Shown here piece after piece: positions 11,511 through 23,799 of a stretch of 46,847 bases of DNA (its first letter is position 1; the number at the start of each line of letters is the position of its first letter). This stretch comes from Chiloscyllium plagiosum (taxonomy: Eukaryota). The stretch is taken from assembly GCF_004010195.1 (NCBI RefSeq), contig NC_057718.1:25388899-25435745 (forward strand), read 5' to 3'. The notes under the pieces are model-generated. The model saw nothing but the letters and a program-made list of their open reading frames with translations. It searched no databases and was not told the DNA's origin. The position numbers and the translations under genes were made by a program.

Positions 11511-11728
11511 ATGATGTGGAGGTGCGGGTGTTGGACTGGGGTAGACAAGATCAGAAGTCACACGACACCAGGTTATAGTCCAACAGATTTATTTGAAATC
11601 ACAAACTTTTGGAATGCTGCTCCTTTGTCAGGTGAAGTCTGATGAAGTCACTTAATCTGACGAAGGAGCAGTGCTCCTTCAGCTTGTGATTTCAAACAAA
11701 CCTGTTGGATTATAACTGTGACTTCTGT
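11511..11728. mobile_element. Palindromic Penelope-type short element (family B)
   Basis: Inverted arms homologous to 2153-2347; degenerate CTGACGAAGGAGCAGTGCTCC hammerhead core at about 11658. Confidence 0.7.
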
Positions 11729-12807
11729 CTAGAGAATAGGTGAATCCTGACAGGATATTTCATCAGTGTACGTTTTGTATCAAGGTCCATTCTAAAAATA
11801 TTATCAGCATATTGGATCATCCAATATGTCATTCATCTCATTTGAGCATACTCCACAACTGTCTATTACACATGCATACACAGAAAAAATATATATAATC
11901 CAGTTTATTTTTGTGCAATCGGTAACTCATTTCAAGGGCTAAAGCAGGTAGCTTAAGTGTGGCCATTTTTCAATGTGCTAGACCTACAATGTAGCCTGAA
12001 GCATGTGCATGTCAGTTTAGGAGAAGAATGGAATTGGATTCACCGACGTCAGAAACAGAGTGTAGGAAACCCTGGGTGTGGTTGAGGGTTGAAGCAGGCT
12101 GATTCTCTGAATAGTTATCCAAGTTGTTTCAGAAGCTGTTAATGTCGCCTCTCGCAATCCCTCAATTCTCAATCCATCTCCTGGCGCCTCAGCCCCTCCC
12201 AACTCACCTCCATGGCCACTTACCCAGTATATATATAGGTAGATCACAGGAGCCACATGAAGATGAACAAAAACAAACTTCGAACAATCTAATGTCCTAC
12301 ATTGTTAAGTAGTGGTGTTTACCTGAGTGTGTGAACATTCCCATTCAGAGAGCAGTTTGTACATCTCCTTCAAATGGGTAAGTTTTTCTAAAAGAAGGTG
12401 AACGTCTGTTAACTCATTTTTCATGGCTTATTTAAACTGTCAAAATATGAATTCATAACTCCATGCTCAGATAATCATAGATTTTGAGACTTTGCCAAGC
12501 ATTCATAATGGAACAATAAGGCCTTTGGGAACTATGAATAAAAATATTCTATGGAAACCTTACAACCAATTGTTTTACTAATCCACAGCAGATGACCTAT
12601 CAATCAATGCAGTCTAGCGGACTCTTTAACTCTTAGACACAGCTGCAGTCAGTGTCTTAAACTTTAAAGAACAGAGGATTTAGGTAGTGACAGTTATAAA
12701 GCTATTTTCTGCCATTCAAAAACATTTATCTCTATTCCATCAACTCAATACTCCTACGTTGTGGGTGAAGGGCCTCAGCACTAAACTTAAATAGCCCTGC
12801 TAAATTT

Positions 12808-13249
12808 GAAGTTAAAAATTACACAACACCAGGGTATAGTCCAACAGGTTATTTGGAAGCACTAGCTTTTGGAGTGTTGTTCCTTCATTAGGTGGTTGTA
12901 GGACACAATTTATAGCAAAATTTTACAGTGTGATGTAACTGAAATTATATATTGAAAAAGATCCAGCTTGTTTATTACATATGAAAGAACATGAAACCAA
13001 CAAGCCCATTCTAAAAGATGAGAGACTTAACAAACAATCCAGGTCTTTTTCAATATATAATTTCAGTTACATCACAATGTTAACTTTGCTATAGATACTA
13101 TGTCTTTCAATCTTATTCTCCATGACCAACTGATGAAGGAGCAGCGCTCCGAAAGCAAGTATATCCATATAAACCTGTTGGATTATAACCTGGTGTTGTC
13201 TGATTTTTAACTTTGTACACCCCAGTCCAACACTGGCACCTCCAAATCA
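12808..13249. mobile_element. Long palindromic Penelope-type element (family B with extended arms)
   Basis: Inverted arms of about 160 bp (for example TGTGATGTAACTGAAATTATATATTGAAAAAGA and its reverse complement); CTGATGAAGGAGCAGCGCTCCGAAA at 13130-13154; near-TSD CTGCTAAATT / CTGCTAAGTT. Confidence 0.75.
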
Positions 13250-13526
13250 CTGCTAAGTTCAGGTTTTCTTCCTGTGAGTCAAGCCCTCGTCCCTACCAAT
13301 AAAATTAGATTTGTCAGAAATGGGACAGGATTTCTGTATTTAGGTCCCTGCTTGTCATTTTTAAAGCTTTGCTGAGTCTTCATGACTCCACAAAAGTCCC
13401 TCCATTATCTTGAGCAACAATTTGACTGTAATAACTACTAAGTAATAGGTTCTACCTCCTACAAATAAGTGCACCATTTACGTATCCCTTTCTAACCTTG
13501 TGCCATCCTTGTCAATCATTTTTCAG

Positions 13527-13787
13527 TGGATTTCATTCGAGAGAGACGTTCTGAACTGGTTCAAAGAATGGGAAGACAGGTAATCGACCAGATGGTTGAT
13601 AAACTTTACAGCAAAGGAGTTCTCAACACTGAAGAGAAAGATTTGATTCTGGGAACATTGCTGTCTCAGGAAAAAGCCAGGGTAATTCTTGGGTACATTG
13701 AGAACAAAGGGACAGCTGCTTGCAACCTATTTTTGGACTACCTCAAGTGCTACGACCAGTATCTCTTTGAGGACCTGAAATGGACAA
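13527..13787 (+). CDS. NLRC4: NLRC4 exon, CARD domain (261 nt)
   Basis: (M)DFIRERRSELVQRMGRQVIDQMVDKLYSKGVLNTEEKD...ENKGTAACNLFLDYLKCYDQYLFEDL is a CARD; acceptor TTTTTCAG, donor GTGAGT. Confidence 0.93.
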
Positions 13788-14084
13788 GTGAGTGAGAGCA
13801 TATTTTATATGAAAAATTGTTAATTTTATCGTCCCTAGTTTCAGCTCTATTTTTATGCTTATTAATTATTTAGTTTTCTTTGGAAAGTAGCATATCGGTA
13901 ATGTCACTGGATGAGTAATCCCAATGTCTAAGCCAGTGCCCAAGCACAAGTTCAAACCTTGTAAGATGGGGGAAGATGGTAGTAGTCATGGTGGGCATAG
14001 TTTTGGAAATACCAGTGGAGGCAAACGAGAGAAGACGGGGAATGGGGAAAAGGAAGTGAGGGAAGGCTTGAGTGTTGACAGTGA

Positions 14085-14655
14085 GCAACAAAATGGTTGC
14101 AAAATCTCAAAACCTGCAGATGATACTAAGCCACGGAGAATAGTGACTTCAAAGGAACACTGACAAATTGACAGGTATCTGGCAGGTGAAATTCAATGCA
14201 GAGAAATCGGAATTAATGCATTTGGGTAGAAGAAACATGGAGAGAAAATACAGGTTCCATGGTATAACATGAGGGGAATGCAGGAGCAAAGAGACCTTGG
14301 GGTTGAAGTGCACAAATCTCTGAGGTGGTCAGGCAAATTGAGACACTTATTAAGAAGACTTGTGTGGATCCTTGGGTTTAGAAATAGAGGCACAGAGTAT
14401 AAAAGCAAGAAGATCACGCTGCACCTCAACAAATCATTGGCCAGATCACATTTGGAGTGGTGTGATCTGGACACTTTATTTAAAAAAAGCATGTTAAAGC
14501 CCTGGAGAGACCGCAAAGGATATTAACTCGAATGATACCACAAATGAGGGATTTTAGATACAAGGGAGTATTGGAACAATTGGACTTTTCTCCTTGGAGC
14601 AGAGAAGATTAAGAGATGGCCTTTTTGACATGTTCAAAATTAGGAACAATTTTGA
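14085..14655 (+). mobile_element. Decayed CR1 LINE RT fragment in NLRC4 intron
   Basis: ISKPADDTK (degenerate FADDTK), QEQRDLGVEVHKSL, GFRNRGTEYKSK motifs with frameshifts. Confidence 0.7.
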
Positions 14656-15406
14656 CAAATTTTAGAACATCTCATCCCTGCTATTTCCTTTGTACAACTA
14701 ACTGAGTCATATCCTGTATATTTGCCATAGCTTTCACAACCTTGGTTTGACTCTGAGCTGAACTTCTGACCTCACATCCCAGTGTATTACAAAACCTTCC
14801 TCCTTTCAGCTCTCTAACACATCCATGGCTACCTTTCCCACCAATCTTCAGCAGTAAAATAACCATATTCAAAGTTACAATTGGCATTTGTGATGCATCA
14901 CCCATCATCTTTCTCAATGTGTCTACACCATTTGAGACAGTGGACTACTCCATCCTTCTATAATGCCTTTTATCCATTGTCCAGTGGGAAGGGACTCTCC
15001 TCACCTATTTTGACTTTTTTCCAGGGGAGCCAAGAGAATTTCCTGCACTGGCCTCTCTCCCTGTCCCAGATCTTGACAAATGAATATTCCTCCCTGTCTA
15101 TTTTGCAACTCTAACTTCAGCCTTTTCCATATTACCTGTAATGCCCATCTAAAAGTTTAGAAGGAATTACTTTATACACCGGTATCCTAAATGAGTTTGG
15201 GCAAATCAGCTTCATCAGTGCAACATTTTTAGCAAACACAAGAATCATTCGCTATAAACATTGAAAGAGGCAATTTTCATTAATGTATATGGAATGTCAC
15301 TGCACGTAGAAAACAAAGTCAATCTCTCCTTATTATTTTACAATATACTCAATTGCCTGCAAACAAAGTAAAACTTCAGTTAATCTTTTCCATTTTGTCT
15401 CTGAAG

Positions 15407-17407
15407 ATGTCCAAACATACACAGAGAAGGACGTTGAAATGATTGCTGAAGATTTACGGAGACTTTATCTATCTTCAGCTTTTCAGAAGTTCCATCCCCT
15501 TGGTGAGGAAATAGACATAATTTTTGATCTGGAAACCACGTTCTCAGATGCTGTGTTCTGGAAAAAAAACATAAGCAACCGCATAACAGACCAACTACAG
15601 TTCCAGGACCTTTTGGGTGAACTGAAAGACTTAACAGTGATTGAAGGTGAAGCTGGAAAAGGCAAAACAACTGTTCTGAAGAGAATCGCATCTCTCTGGG
15701 CTTCCAGGAAACACTCCTCACTCAATGGTTTTAAATTAGTTTTCTTTATTAGCCTCAGGAGTATGCAGAAGGGACTGTATGAAAGCATCTGTGAACAGCT
15801 GCTTAGGGAACCGTATGGCCTGGATAATGCAACATTCATGAAAATCATAGAGACGCTGGAGCGAAAAGTGCTCTTTTGCTTGGATGGTTTTGATGAATTT
15901 AAGCCCCATGATTACCCCGAGACTGCTAGGCTCTTCACAAAGAATGCTCAGTACAAGCACTCCGTGGTTTTAACAACACGAACTGAGGCCCTGAGTCAGG
16001 TTCGAAGCTACGCCGATCTCCTGGTGAAAATAGGAGACCTAAGTTACAGCAGTGCACAAATGCTGATTGAAAATGTCCTTGAGGAATACTTGGCCAACAG
16101 TTTATTGATTCAACTTGAGCAATCGAGTACTATGAAGGAGATGATGAAGACTCCACTCTTTGTAGTGATCGCGTGTGCCATTCAGATGGGAGATGATGAC
16201 TTCATTCCAAAGACACAAACAGCACTGTTCCAAACCTTGCACAAGCTAATGATCAATAAAAATCAATACAAAACCAGGGACTTGCCAGAAGAATATATCA
16301 TTGAGAGCATAAAACATTGTGGAGACTTGGCTTTGGATGGAATCTTTAAGTCCAAGTTCGATTTTACCATAGAGGACTTGTCTTCTCAGAAAGAGGAAAG
16401 GCTGCTGTTGGCAGCAGGCCTCCTGAATAAGTATGGTGCCCAGAGACTGAAACCAGTTTACAGATTCTTTCACAAATCCTTTCAGGAGTACACTGCAGGC
16501 AGGAGGCTGCATGAACTGATAACATCAAGCTCAGCCACAGAGGTTTCCAAAGGGCAGATATATTTGCAGAAAATAAGGACGATCTCAGACATCACCTTCA
16601 AATACCAGAATCTACTTCTGTATACTTGTGGATCATCCAAAGATGCTGCTGCTGAAGTAATCAAGTACATTGTAAGTGTTAAGGACCATGGAACACTTCT
16701 GCAATTCCTTGATGACAACGAAGAGGGTGTGAATGTAGAAACCCGCATGCAAAGTTCAGAGGAAGTAGAGAGACTTAAACTCCTAAATATGAACACTCTT
16801 GTTGAGCGTGGCCTGACATTTATCTATGAAAGTCGATCTGAATCTGCCCTGGCTGCAGAGTTTGAAACTTTCCTGCAGGACAAAACACTCCATATCAATT
16901 CCCATTTTATACCAGATTACCTCTTCTACTTTTTTGAACATTTGCCAATCTGTTTAAGAGCTTTAAGTCTAATTAAACTTGAGTTTTTTGGAAACTCTGC
17001 TTCTTCAAGTGTAAATGAAATGAAGAAAACTGAGAGTGAAAATCAACTGCAGAATGTAACTCAGGCACTCATACCCGAGCCTGCTATTAAACTCTTCTAT
17101 GAAACACCCTGGAATCAGTCCTTTAACACACTGCAAATCACTTTGAGAGATTTTCCAGGATTAAAACCAAGGGAGATCAAATGCATTGGTAAAATCTGTT
17201 GCTCTGCTTCATCTTTAATTTTATATATAAGCAAGAGTGCGGGAATTACAGGAAAACTTCATAAAATTCTGAGTACATGTGCACGGAATGTTCAGGATCT
17301 GGTGATTGAATCCACACCATTAACAGAGAAAGATGAACAACAAATAGTAAAGATGACTCAATTAAAAACATTGTACCTGACTGATCTCCAAACAGAGCAA
17401 AGAAATG
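15407..17407 (+). CDS. NLRC4: NLRC4 exon, NACHT (NBD-HD1-WHD-HD2) and start of LRR (2001 nt)
   Basis: Walker A GEAGKGKT (15646-15669), Walker B LFCLDGFDEF, VVLTTR, MKTPLFVVIACAIQMG and YRFFHKSFQEYTAGRRL, which are NLRC4-type motifs; acceptor AG 15405-15406, donor GTAAGT 17408. Confidence 0.96.
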
Positions 17408-17912
17408 GTAAGTCCACAGAAAGGTAATTATTGCACTGATACTAATGCATGTCTGGGTATAGATCCAAGGGTACTAGCAATTCTGCTTCCTTTAGAAGTG
17501 ACTATTCTTAATGTTCCTGTTTCAGTAAAGCATTCCAATTATTGAGCATTCTTCCCTATTCCAATATCCATGTGTGAGCACCTTGCAGCAGGTATCTGAT
17601 CATAAATAGGAATAGGTTTAGGATGCAGTTACAGCAAGATGTTTTTCCCCTTAATAACTTAAGAATATCCATGAACATCTAGTTTGCAAATTGCAAACTG
17701 CAAAGTTACTTTCTAGATACTGTATATGACAATGTAAATACCAGTTGGCTGAAATGTTGTAATTGATAGAATTGATTTTATTCATATGATCTTTGATATT
17801 AAGTATTAACTATTGTAGCTTATAAGCAATTTGAGTGTAAGAAAGGCATAAGATAAAGTGTCTGCACTATTGGAAATATTTCTTATATTTTTCTTCCCAC
17901 TTTCTCTTTCAG

Positions 17913-18005
17913 GAGGATTCATTTATGGGATACATTGTTTGAAAAACATTGAAAAGCTAGTGCTAGAAAATGTGAAAATGAATGATGGTGACATTAAAAC
18001 AATAG
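17913..18005 (+). CDS. NLRC4: NLRC4 LRR exon (93 nt)
   Basis: GFIYGIHCLKNIEKLVLENVKMNDGDIKTI; strong polypyrimidine acceptor, GT donor, phase 1-1. Confidence 0.9.
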
Positions 18006-18532
18006 GTACTGTTTTTATAGAATTGGTTTGAATGATATATGGAATATTTTGCAGTTATCCTGCCCATTAGTTTTAGTGCTGTTTTACCAGTTCAAAACTT
18101 TATTTTTAAAATCAAATGTGATGTGTCACAATAGAATAGTCAACAATGACCCAGTTTTGCATGTGCTAGATATTACAACTGTCAGCAAATACTATAACAT
18201 TCAAAATGTCTAAAGTTGGCACTCCTAGGCCATCTTGTCTGTCTCTGGAAGAGACACCATTCATGTACACAGCTGGTATCAAACTATCTCAGAATGAGCA
18301 TACATGAGTGGTGTTTGTCAATAGATTATGTTTATCAGTCTATTAATTGTGGACTGAAGTCCTAACTGATGCATAAGAACAGGTTAAACCTGTGTTAGTT
18401 CTTCTCAATCAAACAGAATAATTCAAATTGTCAAATAATGTCTGCAGTTCCTTCCTACATATAACTCATTAGCGACTTAAAAGATGTTTCAACGTGATTT
18501 AATTGCACATCGTTTTCTATGGAATAGTTGTG

Positions 18533-18715
18533 GAGGAGAAAGTGAGGACTGCAGTCAGCTGGAGGTCAAAGTTGAGAGTGTGGTGCTGGAAAAGCACAGC
18601 AGGTCAGGCAGCATCCGAGGAGCAGGAGAATCGACATATTATGCCCAAAACGTTGATTTTCCTGCTCCTCGGATGCTGCCTGACCTGCTGTGCTTTTCCA
18701 GCACCACACTCTCAA
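18533..18715. mobile_element. Palindromic Penelope-type short element (family A)
   Basis: Arms GTTGAGAGTGTGGTGCTGGAAAAGCACAGCAGGTCAGGCAGCATCCGAGGAGCAGG and reverse complement; perfect 16-bp TSD CTATGGAATAGTTGTG (18517-18532, 18716-18731). Confidence 0.8.
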
Positions 18716-19712
18716 CTATGGAATAGTTGTGACAAGATTTGGTGTGTTTATTATAGAAGTTGCAACCTACAAAGCTGTAGATAGCAGCATAAAGTGGTGA
18801 AATCCTATGTGATTTGATGACATTGAGACCTACCTAACAGTAGAGCAACAGCGAAACGCAATGGATCTTTTGCTGAAGTCAGAAATCACAATGTAGATCA
18901 AACTGAAGAAAGCCAAGGCTTTCAGCCAGTTAGCTTACTGCTTTGACAGACTACATTTTCTGCTCTATCATTCTTAATATTCCATCAGTTTGAGACAGAT
19001 ATTGAAAAATAATAGAAGAGAGGGGCAGGAGTGGGCCAGTCTGCCCTCTTGAGTCTGCTCCATGATCATGCCCAATCATCCAACTCAATAGCCTGTTCCT
19101 GCTTTGCCCCAATATTCTTGTTCCCCTTTGCTCCAAGTGTTATGTCCGACTCCTCCCTGAGTATCAAGTATCCATTTCAAGTACTTCCACAATTCCATTC
19201 TTCAGCCTTTTGTTAGTTTCACAGGAAACAATCCCAGACTATCACAGCAGCAAGATACCAGTGATAGGGTAAAATGGGCAACATAGGGTCAGCATTGATT
19301 CAACCTACTTCTTGAACTTCCATTCTAATGCATTCCTGGCAGTGGATCTGATGTTAGCATTTTGATACTTTTGTGAAAAGTTAAAGTGATACACTTACTT
19401 GTGTCCCATGAGCATCTGATCTGTTTCAATCTATTTCTCCCATCATCAGAACCTAACTTGTATAAAATTATATTATGCTTCAGATCTGATGGAAACCGAC
19501 TGAGATGTGCAGTTAAAATCATTGCCAGTCTTAACTGCTGAGCCAGGGCTGCATTTCCACAGATTCCGGTCTTAACCCATTTTTGCAAGCACCAAAGAGG
19601 CACCGACCTGAACGCAATGGGTCCTTCTTTAAAGGTGCATATTGGGCTCCAATTGCAATAATTAGGATCTGACTGCAAACTAAACTGAAGCAGCAGCAAC
19701 ATCATTGTAGGT

Positions 19713-20002
19713 GGGCAGCACAGTGGTTAGCACCGCTGCCTCACAGCGCCAGAGACCCAGGTTCAGTTCCCACCTCAGGTGACTGTGTGGAGTTTGCACA
19801 TTCTCCCTGTGTCTGCGTGGGTTTCCTCCCACAATCCAAAGATGTGCAGGTTGGGTGAATTGGCCATGCTAAATTGCCCGTAGTGTTAGGTGAAGGGCTA
19901 AATGTAAGGGAATGGGTCTGGGTGGATTGCGCTTCGGCGGGTCGGTGTGGACTTGTTGGGCCGAAGGGCCTGTTTCCACACTGTAAGTAATCTAATCTAA
20001 TC
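19713..20002 (+). mobile_element. tRNA-derived SINE (HE1-like)
   Basis: Highly similar to 3172-3482, ends TAAGTAATCTAATCTAATC. Confidence 0.85.
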
Positions 20003-20300
20003 CTGCCACCTGCTGTTATCAGCTGTTTTCAAGGGAAAATTCAGGAAAGTCAATATGGATTATTGTTCAATTCAATTCAAGTCAGGGAATTGAAATTTTC
20101 CAGGCCGTGCAGTGCCAAGATCAGGTTGGTTGGTCATTGGCCTCAGCTCTTGTTTGATTATGTTTTCGGATAGTTTCTTTGGGTTCTGAGCAGACCTCAG
20201 GCCAGACTTCTTAGTAATGATTAAATGAAGCTTCTTGCTAAACTGTAAAAGATGCTGAAGCTCAGGAATAGTATACTGTTCTCGACCACATTGTCTTTTT

Positions 20301-22295
20301 CTAGTGTCAGGCAGAGAGGAAGTTGTCGAGTGGGGGAGTCGTTGTTTACTAAGGAAGTTGAATCTCTTGTCAAGAGGAAGAAGGCTTATGTTAAGATGAG
20401 ATGTGAAGGCTCAGTTAGGGTGCTTGAGGGTTACAAGGTAGCCAGGAAAGACCTAAACAGAGAGCTAAGAAGAGCCAGGAGGGGACATGAGAAGTCTTTG
20501 GCAAATAGGATCAAGGAAAACCCTTAGGCGTTTTGTAGGTATATCAGGAATACAAAAACGACTAGAGTAAGATTAGGGCCAATCAAGTGCAGTAGTGGGA
20601 AGTAATGTGTGGAGATAGGGGAAGTGCTAAATGAATACCTTTCGTCAATATTCACACTAGAAAAAGAAAATGTGGTCGAGGAGAATACTGAGATACAGGC
20701 TACTAGATTAGATGGGATTGAGGTGCACAAGGAGGAGGTGTTAGCAATTCTGGAAAGTGTAAAAATAGGTAAGTCCCCTGGGACGGCTGGGATTTATCCT
20801 AGGATTCTCTGGGAAGCCAGGGAGGAGATACCAAACCTTTGGCTTTGATCTTTATGTCGTCATTGTCTACAGGAATAGTGCAGAAGGCTGGAGGATAGCA
20901 AACGTTGTCCCCTTGTTCAAGAAGGGGAGTAGAGACAACCCTGGAAATTATAGACCTGCAAGCCTTCAGTTGTGGGTAAGGTGTTGGAAAGGGTTATAAG
21001 AGATAGGATTTATAATCATCTAGAAAAGAATAAGTTGATTAGGGATAGTCAACACAGTTTTGTGAAGAGTAGGTCGTGCCTCACAAACCTTTTTGAGTAC
21101 TTTGAGAAGACAACCAAACAAGTGGATGAGGGTAAAGCAGTTGATGTGGTGTATATGGATTTCAATAGGCATTTGATAAGGTTCCCTACAGTAGGCTATT
21201 GCACAAAATACAGAGGCATGGGATTGAGGGTGATTTAGCGGTTTGGATCAGAAATTGGCAAGCTGAAAGAAGACAGAGAGTGATGGTTGATGGGAAATGT
21301 TCATCCTAGAGGTCAATTACTAGTGGGGTACCGCAAGGATCTGTTTTGGGCCACTGTTGTTCGTCATTTTTACAAATGACCTAAATGAGGGCATAGAACA
21401 ATGGGTTAGTAAATTTGTGGATGACACTAAGGTCGGTAAAGTTGTGGATAGTGACGAAGGATGTTGTAAGTTATAGAGAGACATAGATAAGCTGCAGAGC
21501 TGTGCTGAGAGGTGTGAAATGGAGTTTAATGCGGAAAAGTGTGAGGTGATTCACTTTGGTAGGAGTAACAGGAATGCAGAGTACTGGGCTAATGGTAAGA
21601 TTCTTGGTCGTGTAGATGAGCAGAGAGATCTGTGTCCAGGTATATAGATCCTTGAAAGTTGTCACCCAAGTTGATAGGGTTGTTAAGAAGGCATACGGTG
21701 TGTTAGCTTTTATTGGTAGAATTGAGTTTCGGAACCATGAGATTATGCTGCAGCATACAAAACTCTGGTGCAGCCACATTTGTAGTATTGCACACAGTTC
21801 TGGTCACTGCATTATAGGAAGGATGTGGGAGCTTCAGAAAGGGTTCAGAGCAGATTTACTAGGATGTTGCCTGGTATGGAAGGAAGGTCTTATGAGGAAA
21901 GGCTGCGGGACTTGAGGCTGTTTTAATTAGGTTGAGAGGTGACTTAATTGAGACATATAAGATTATCAGAGGATTAGCTAGGTTGGACAGTGAGAGCCTT
22001 TTTCCTCGGATGGCGATGGCTAGCATGAGGGGACATAGCTTTAAATTGAGGGGTGATAGTTATAGGACAGATGTCAGAGGTAGTTTCTTTACTCCGAGAG
22101 TAGAGGCATGGAATGCACTGCCTGCAACAGTAGTAAATTCGCTAACTTTAAGGGCATTTAAATGGTCATTGGATAGGAATATGGACGAGAATGGTATAGT
22201 GTAGGTTAGATATTGTTCAGATTGGTTCCATAGGTCGGCGCAACATCGAGGACCAAAGGGCCTGTACTGCGCTATAATGTTCCATGTTCTATGTT
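20301..22295 (+). mobile_element. 5'-truncated CR1 LINE (~2 kb, ORF2 RT disrupted) in NLRC4 intron
   Basis: KSPGTAGIYPRIL, SQHSFVKSRSCLTNL, AVDVVYMDF, GVPQGSVLG, FVDDTK-type motifs across several frames; (ATGTTCT)-like 3' tail. Confidence 0.92.
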
Positions 22296-22571
22296 TATGC
22301 AGGCTCTACCATGTCCAACATTTTGACAAGGCTCATCTACATAAGCATCACAACCGACCACTTCAGCTTCTTCCTGCTGAATTCACATGCAATGTGAGAA
22401 CTGAGGCTTATAAGTTGGGCTGTTAATATTGAAAATGTTTTTTGTAGAAATAAATTGAGAAAAACGTTTAATGGGATTGTTCAATTACAGGCAGTTTTAC
22501 AGTTGTCTTTTGCTTGCAAGGTGTTGTTTCTTCTTTACTTTGTATTTTCCTTTTTCTTAACACAAAACCAG

Positions 22572-22742
22572 CCGAAAGCCTGAAGAACTTCAGCAATATC
22601 TCAGTGTTCCATCTATCCCAGCTGACAGGACTTGGCAATGGTATCGAGCAACTTGTCACTGAATTAAGCAGTGGCATCTGCAGCCTCCATGAAATTAAAC
22701 TGGCCAGCTGCTGTCTGACTGGAAGTGCCATCAGAACACTTG
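22572..22742 (+). CDS. NLRC4: NLRC4 LRR exon (171 nt)
   Basis: AESLKNFSNISVFHLSQLTGLGNGIEQLVTELSSGICSLHEIKLASCCLTGSAIRTL; AG 22570-22571, GT 22743. Confidence 0.88.
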
Positions 22743-22756
22743 GTATTTATATATAC

Positions 22757-22935
22757 TTTTAATCCTTTCATGACATGGGGCATCGCCAGCAAAGGCAGCA
22801 TTTGTTGCCCATCTCTAACTGTATCAGTGAACCAGCTGGGTCTTTACAACAATCGGTAGTTGTTTCAAGGTTGCCATTACTAAGACTAACTTTCAATTCC
22901 AGATTTTATTAAATTTAAATTCCGCCAACTGCCAA
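22757..22935 (-). mobile_element. Fragment of the SINE family seen at 45162-45468
   Basis: CATGACATGGGGCATCGCCAGC...GTGAACCAGCTGGG...TTCCAGATTTTATT is the reverse complement of parts of that SINE. Confidence 0.55.
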
Positions 22936-23334
22936 GGTAATTGGTCCATTGGCATCAACACTATATCAAACTATCTGCTGTTATTGCATTTCCCAACCTA
23001 TTTCTGTATTGCCCTTCAAAGAAGACTGACAAGAGGAACTCCAGAGGCTTTCACTTCAACCTCATCTTTTAATACCACCCTCCCCTCCTTAAATTGGCAA
23101 CTCTGACTGGGTACAGCAGCATTCTCACTGCATGGGTCGTGACCATTCTCCAGGTGTTAACCTGCAAAGTAAAAGGCAATATTTTCTGTAGATTTACTTT
23201 GACTTAACGATAGTAGACAATGTAAATGAAATTGAGCAGAGAGCTATTTAGACAACTCCCTACAATATAAATTGTTCTTCTTTTGTGGAAGATATTCTGT
23301 TTATTGTTATTGCATTCTGTCTTTTACTTGGCAG

Positions 23335-23427
23335 CTCAAAACCTGCACAAGTTGGAAAAGTTGGAAGTCCTTGATCTATCAGGAAATAACCTCGAAGAGG
23401 AAGCCATTGATGCAGTCACTATACTAG
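23335..23427 (+). CDS. NLRC4: NLRC4 LRR exon (93 nt)
   Basis: AQNLHKLEKLEVLDLSGNNLEEEAIDAVTIL, canonical LxxLDLSxN; AG 23333-23334, GTAACC donor. Confidence 0.92.
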   Translation, partial: LKTCTSWKSWKSLIYQEITSKRKPLMQSLY

Positions 23428-23799
23428 GTAACCAAGATGGATTAATTTGTCACAGTTTTAATTTGGTGGCTAATTGCCTGTGATATTGATGAGTCTAAGT
23501 CAGGAATGGCCCAGATGGTCAGCTCTCCAGATAATCAATGGTTGGACATACCCTGTAAGGTACACATCCAGACTTCTCGGAGATTATGTCGCCTGATGAT
23601 GTAACAATTGCCCAGGAAGTTTAAACTTCTGTTGGACAATTATACAGGGTCTCAAGTCTCCAAAGAAGTTCCAGTTCTTGAGTTGAAAGTTTTGGAAAGT
23701 TCTGATGTACTCACCTTAACAGTAAGCTAGGAAATGTTAGAAGGTTTAAAACTCCAAGTTAACTATAAAATTAGCTCTTGGACTAAACTCTCAGACTCC

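Noticed and set aside
13130..13160. Sense-strand hammerhead inside the NLRC4 intron as an active self-cleaving site
   Set aside because: CUGAUGA, stem II and GAAA are present, but the essential U of the cleavage triplet is mutated (AGCA-A) and stem I does not pair; probably inactive.
13526..13528. GTG start codon for the CARD ORF given by the ORF track
   Set aside because: The G is the last base of the splice acceptor; a spliced A|TG explains the start better.
15439..17427. Stand-alone 662-aa NACHT protein
   Set aside because: It is an internal exon bounded by AG at 15405-15406 and GTAAGT at 17408; the KSTER* end is intronic read-through.
20252..22204. Cluster of ORFs as a host gene or active retroelement
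   Set aside because: Frameshifted, stop-interrupted fragments of a 5'-truncated CR1 ORF2.
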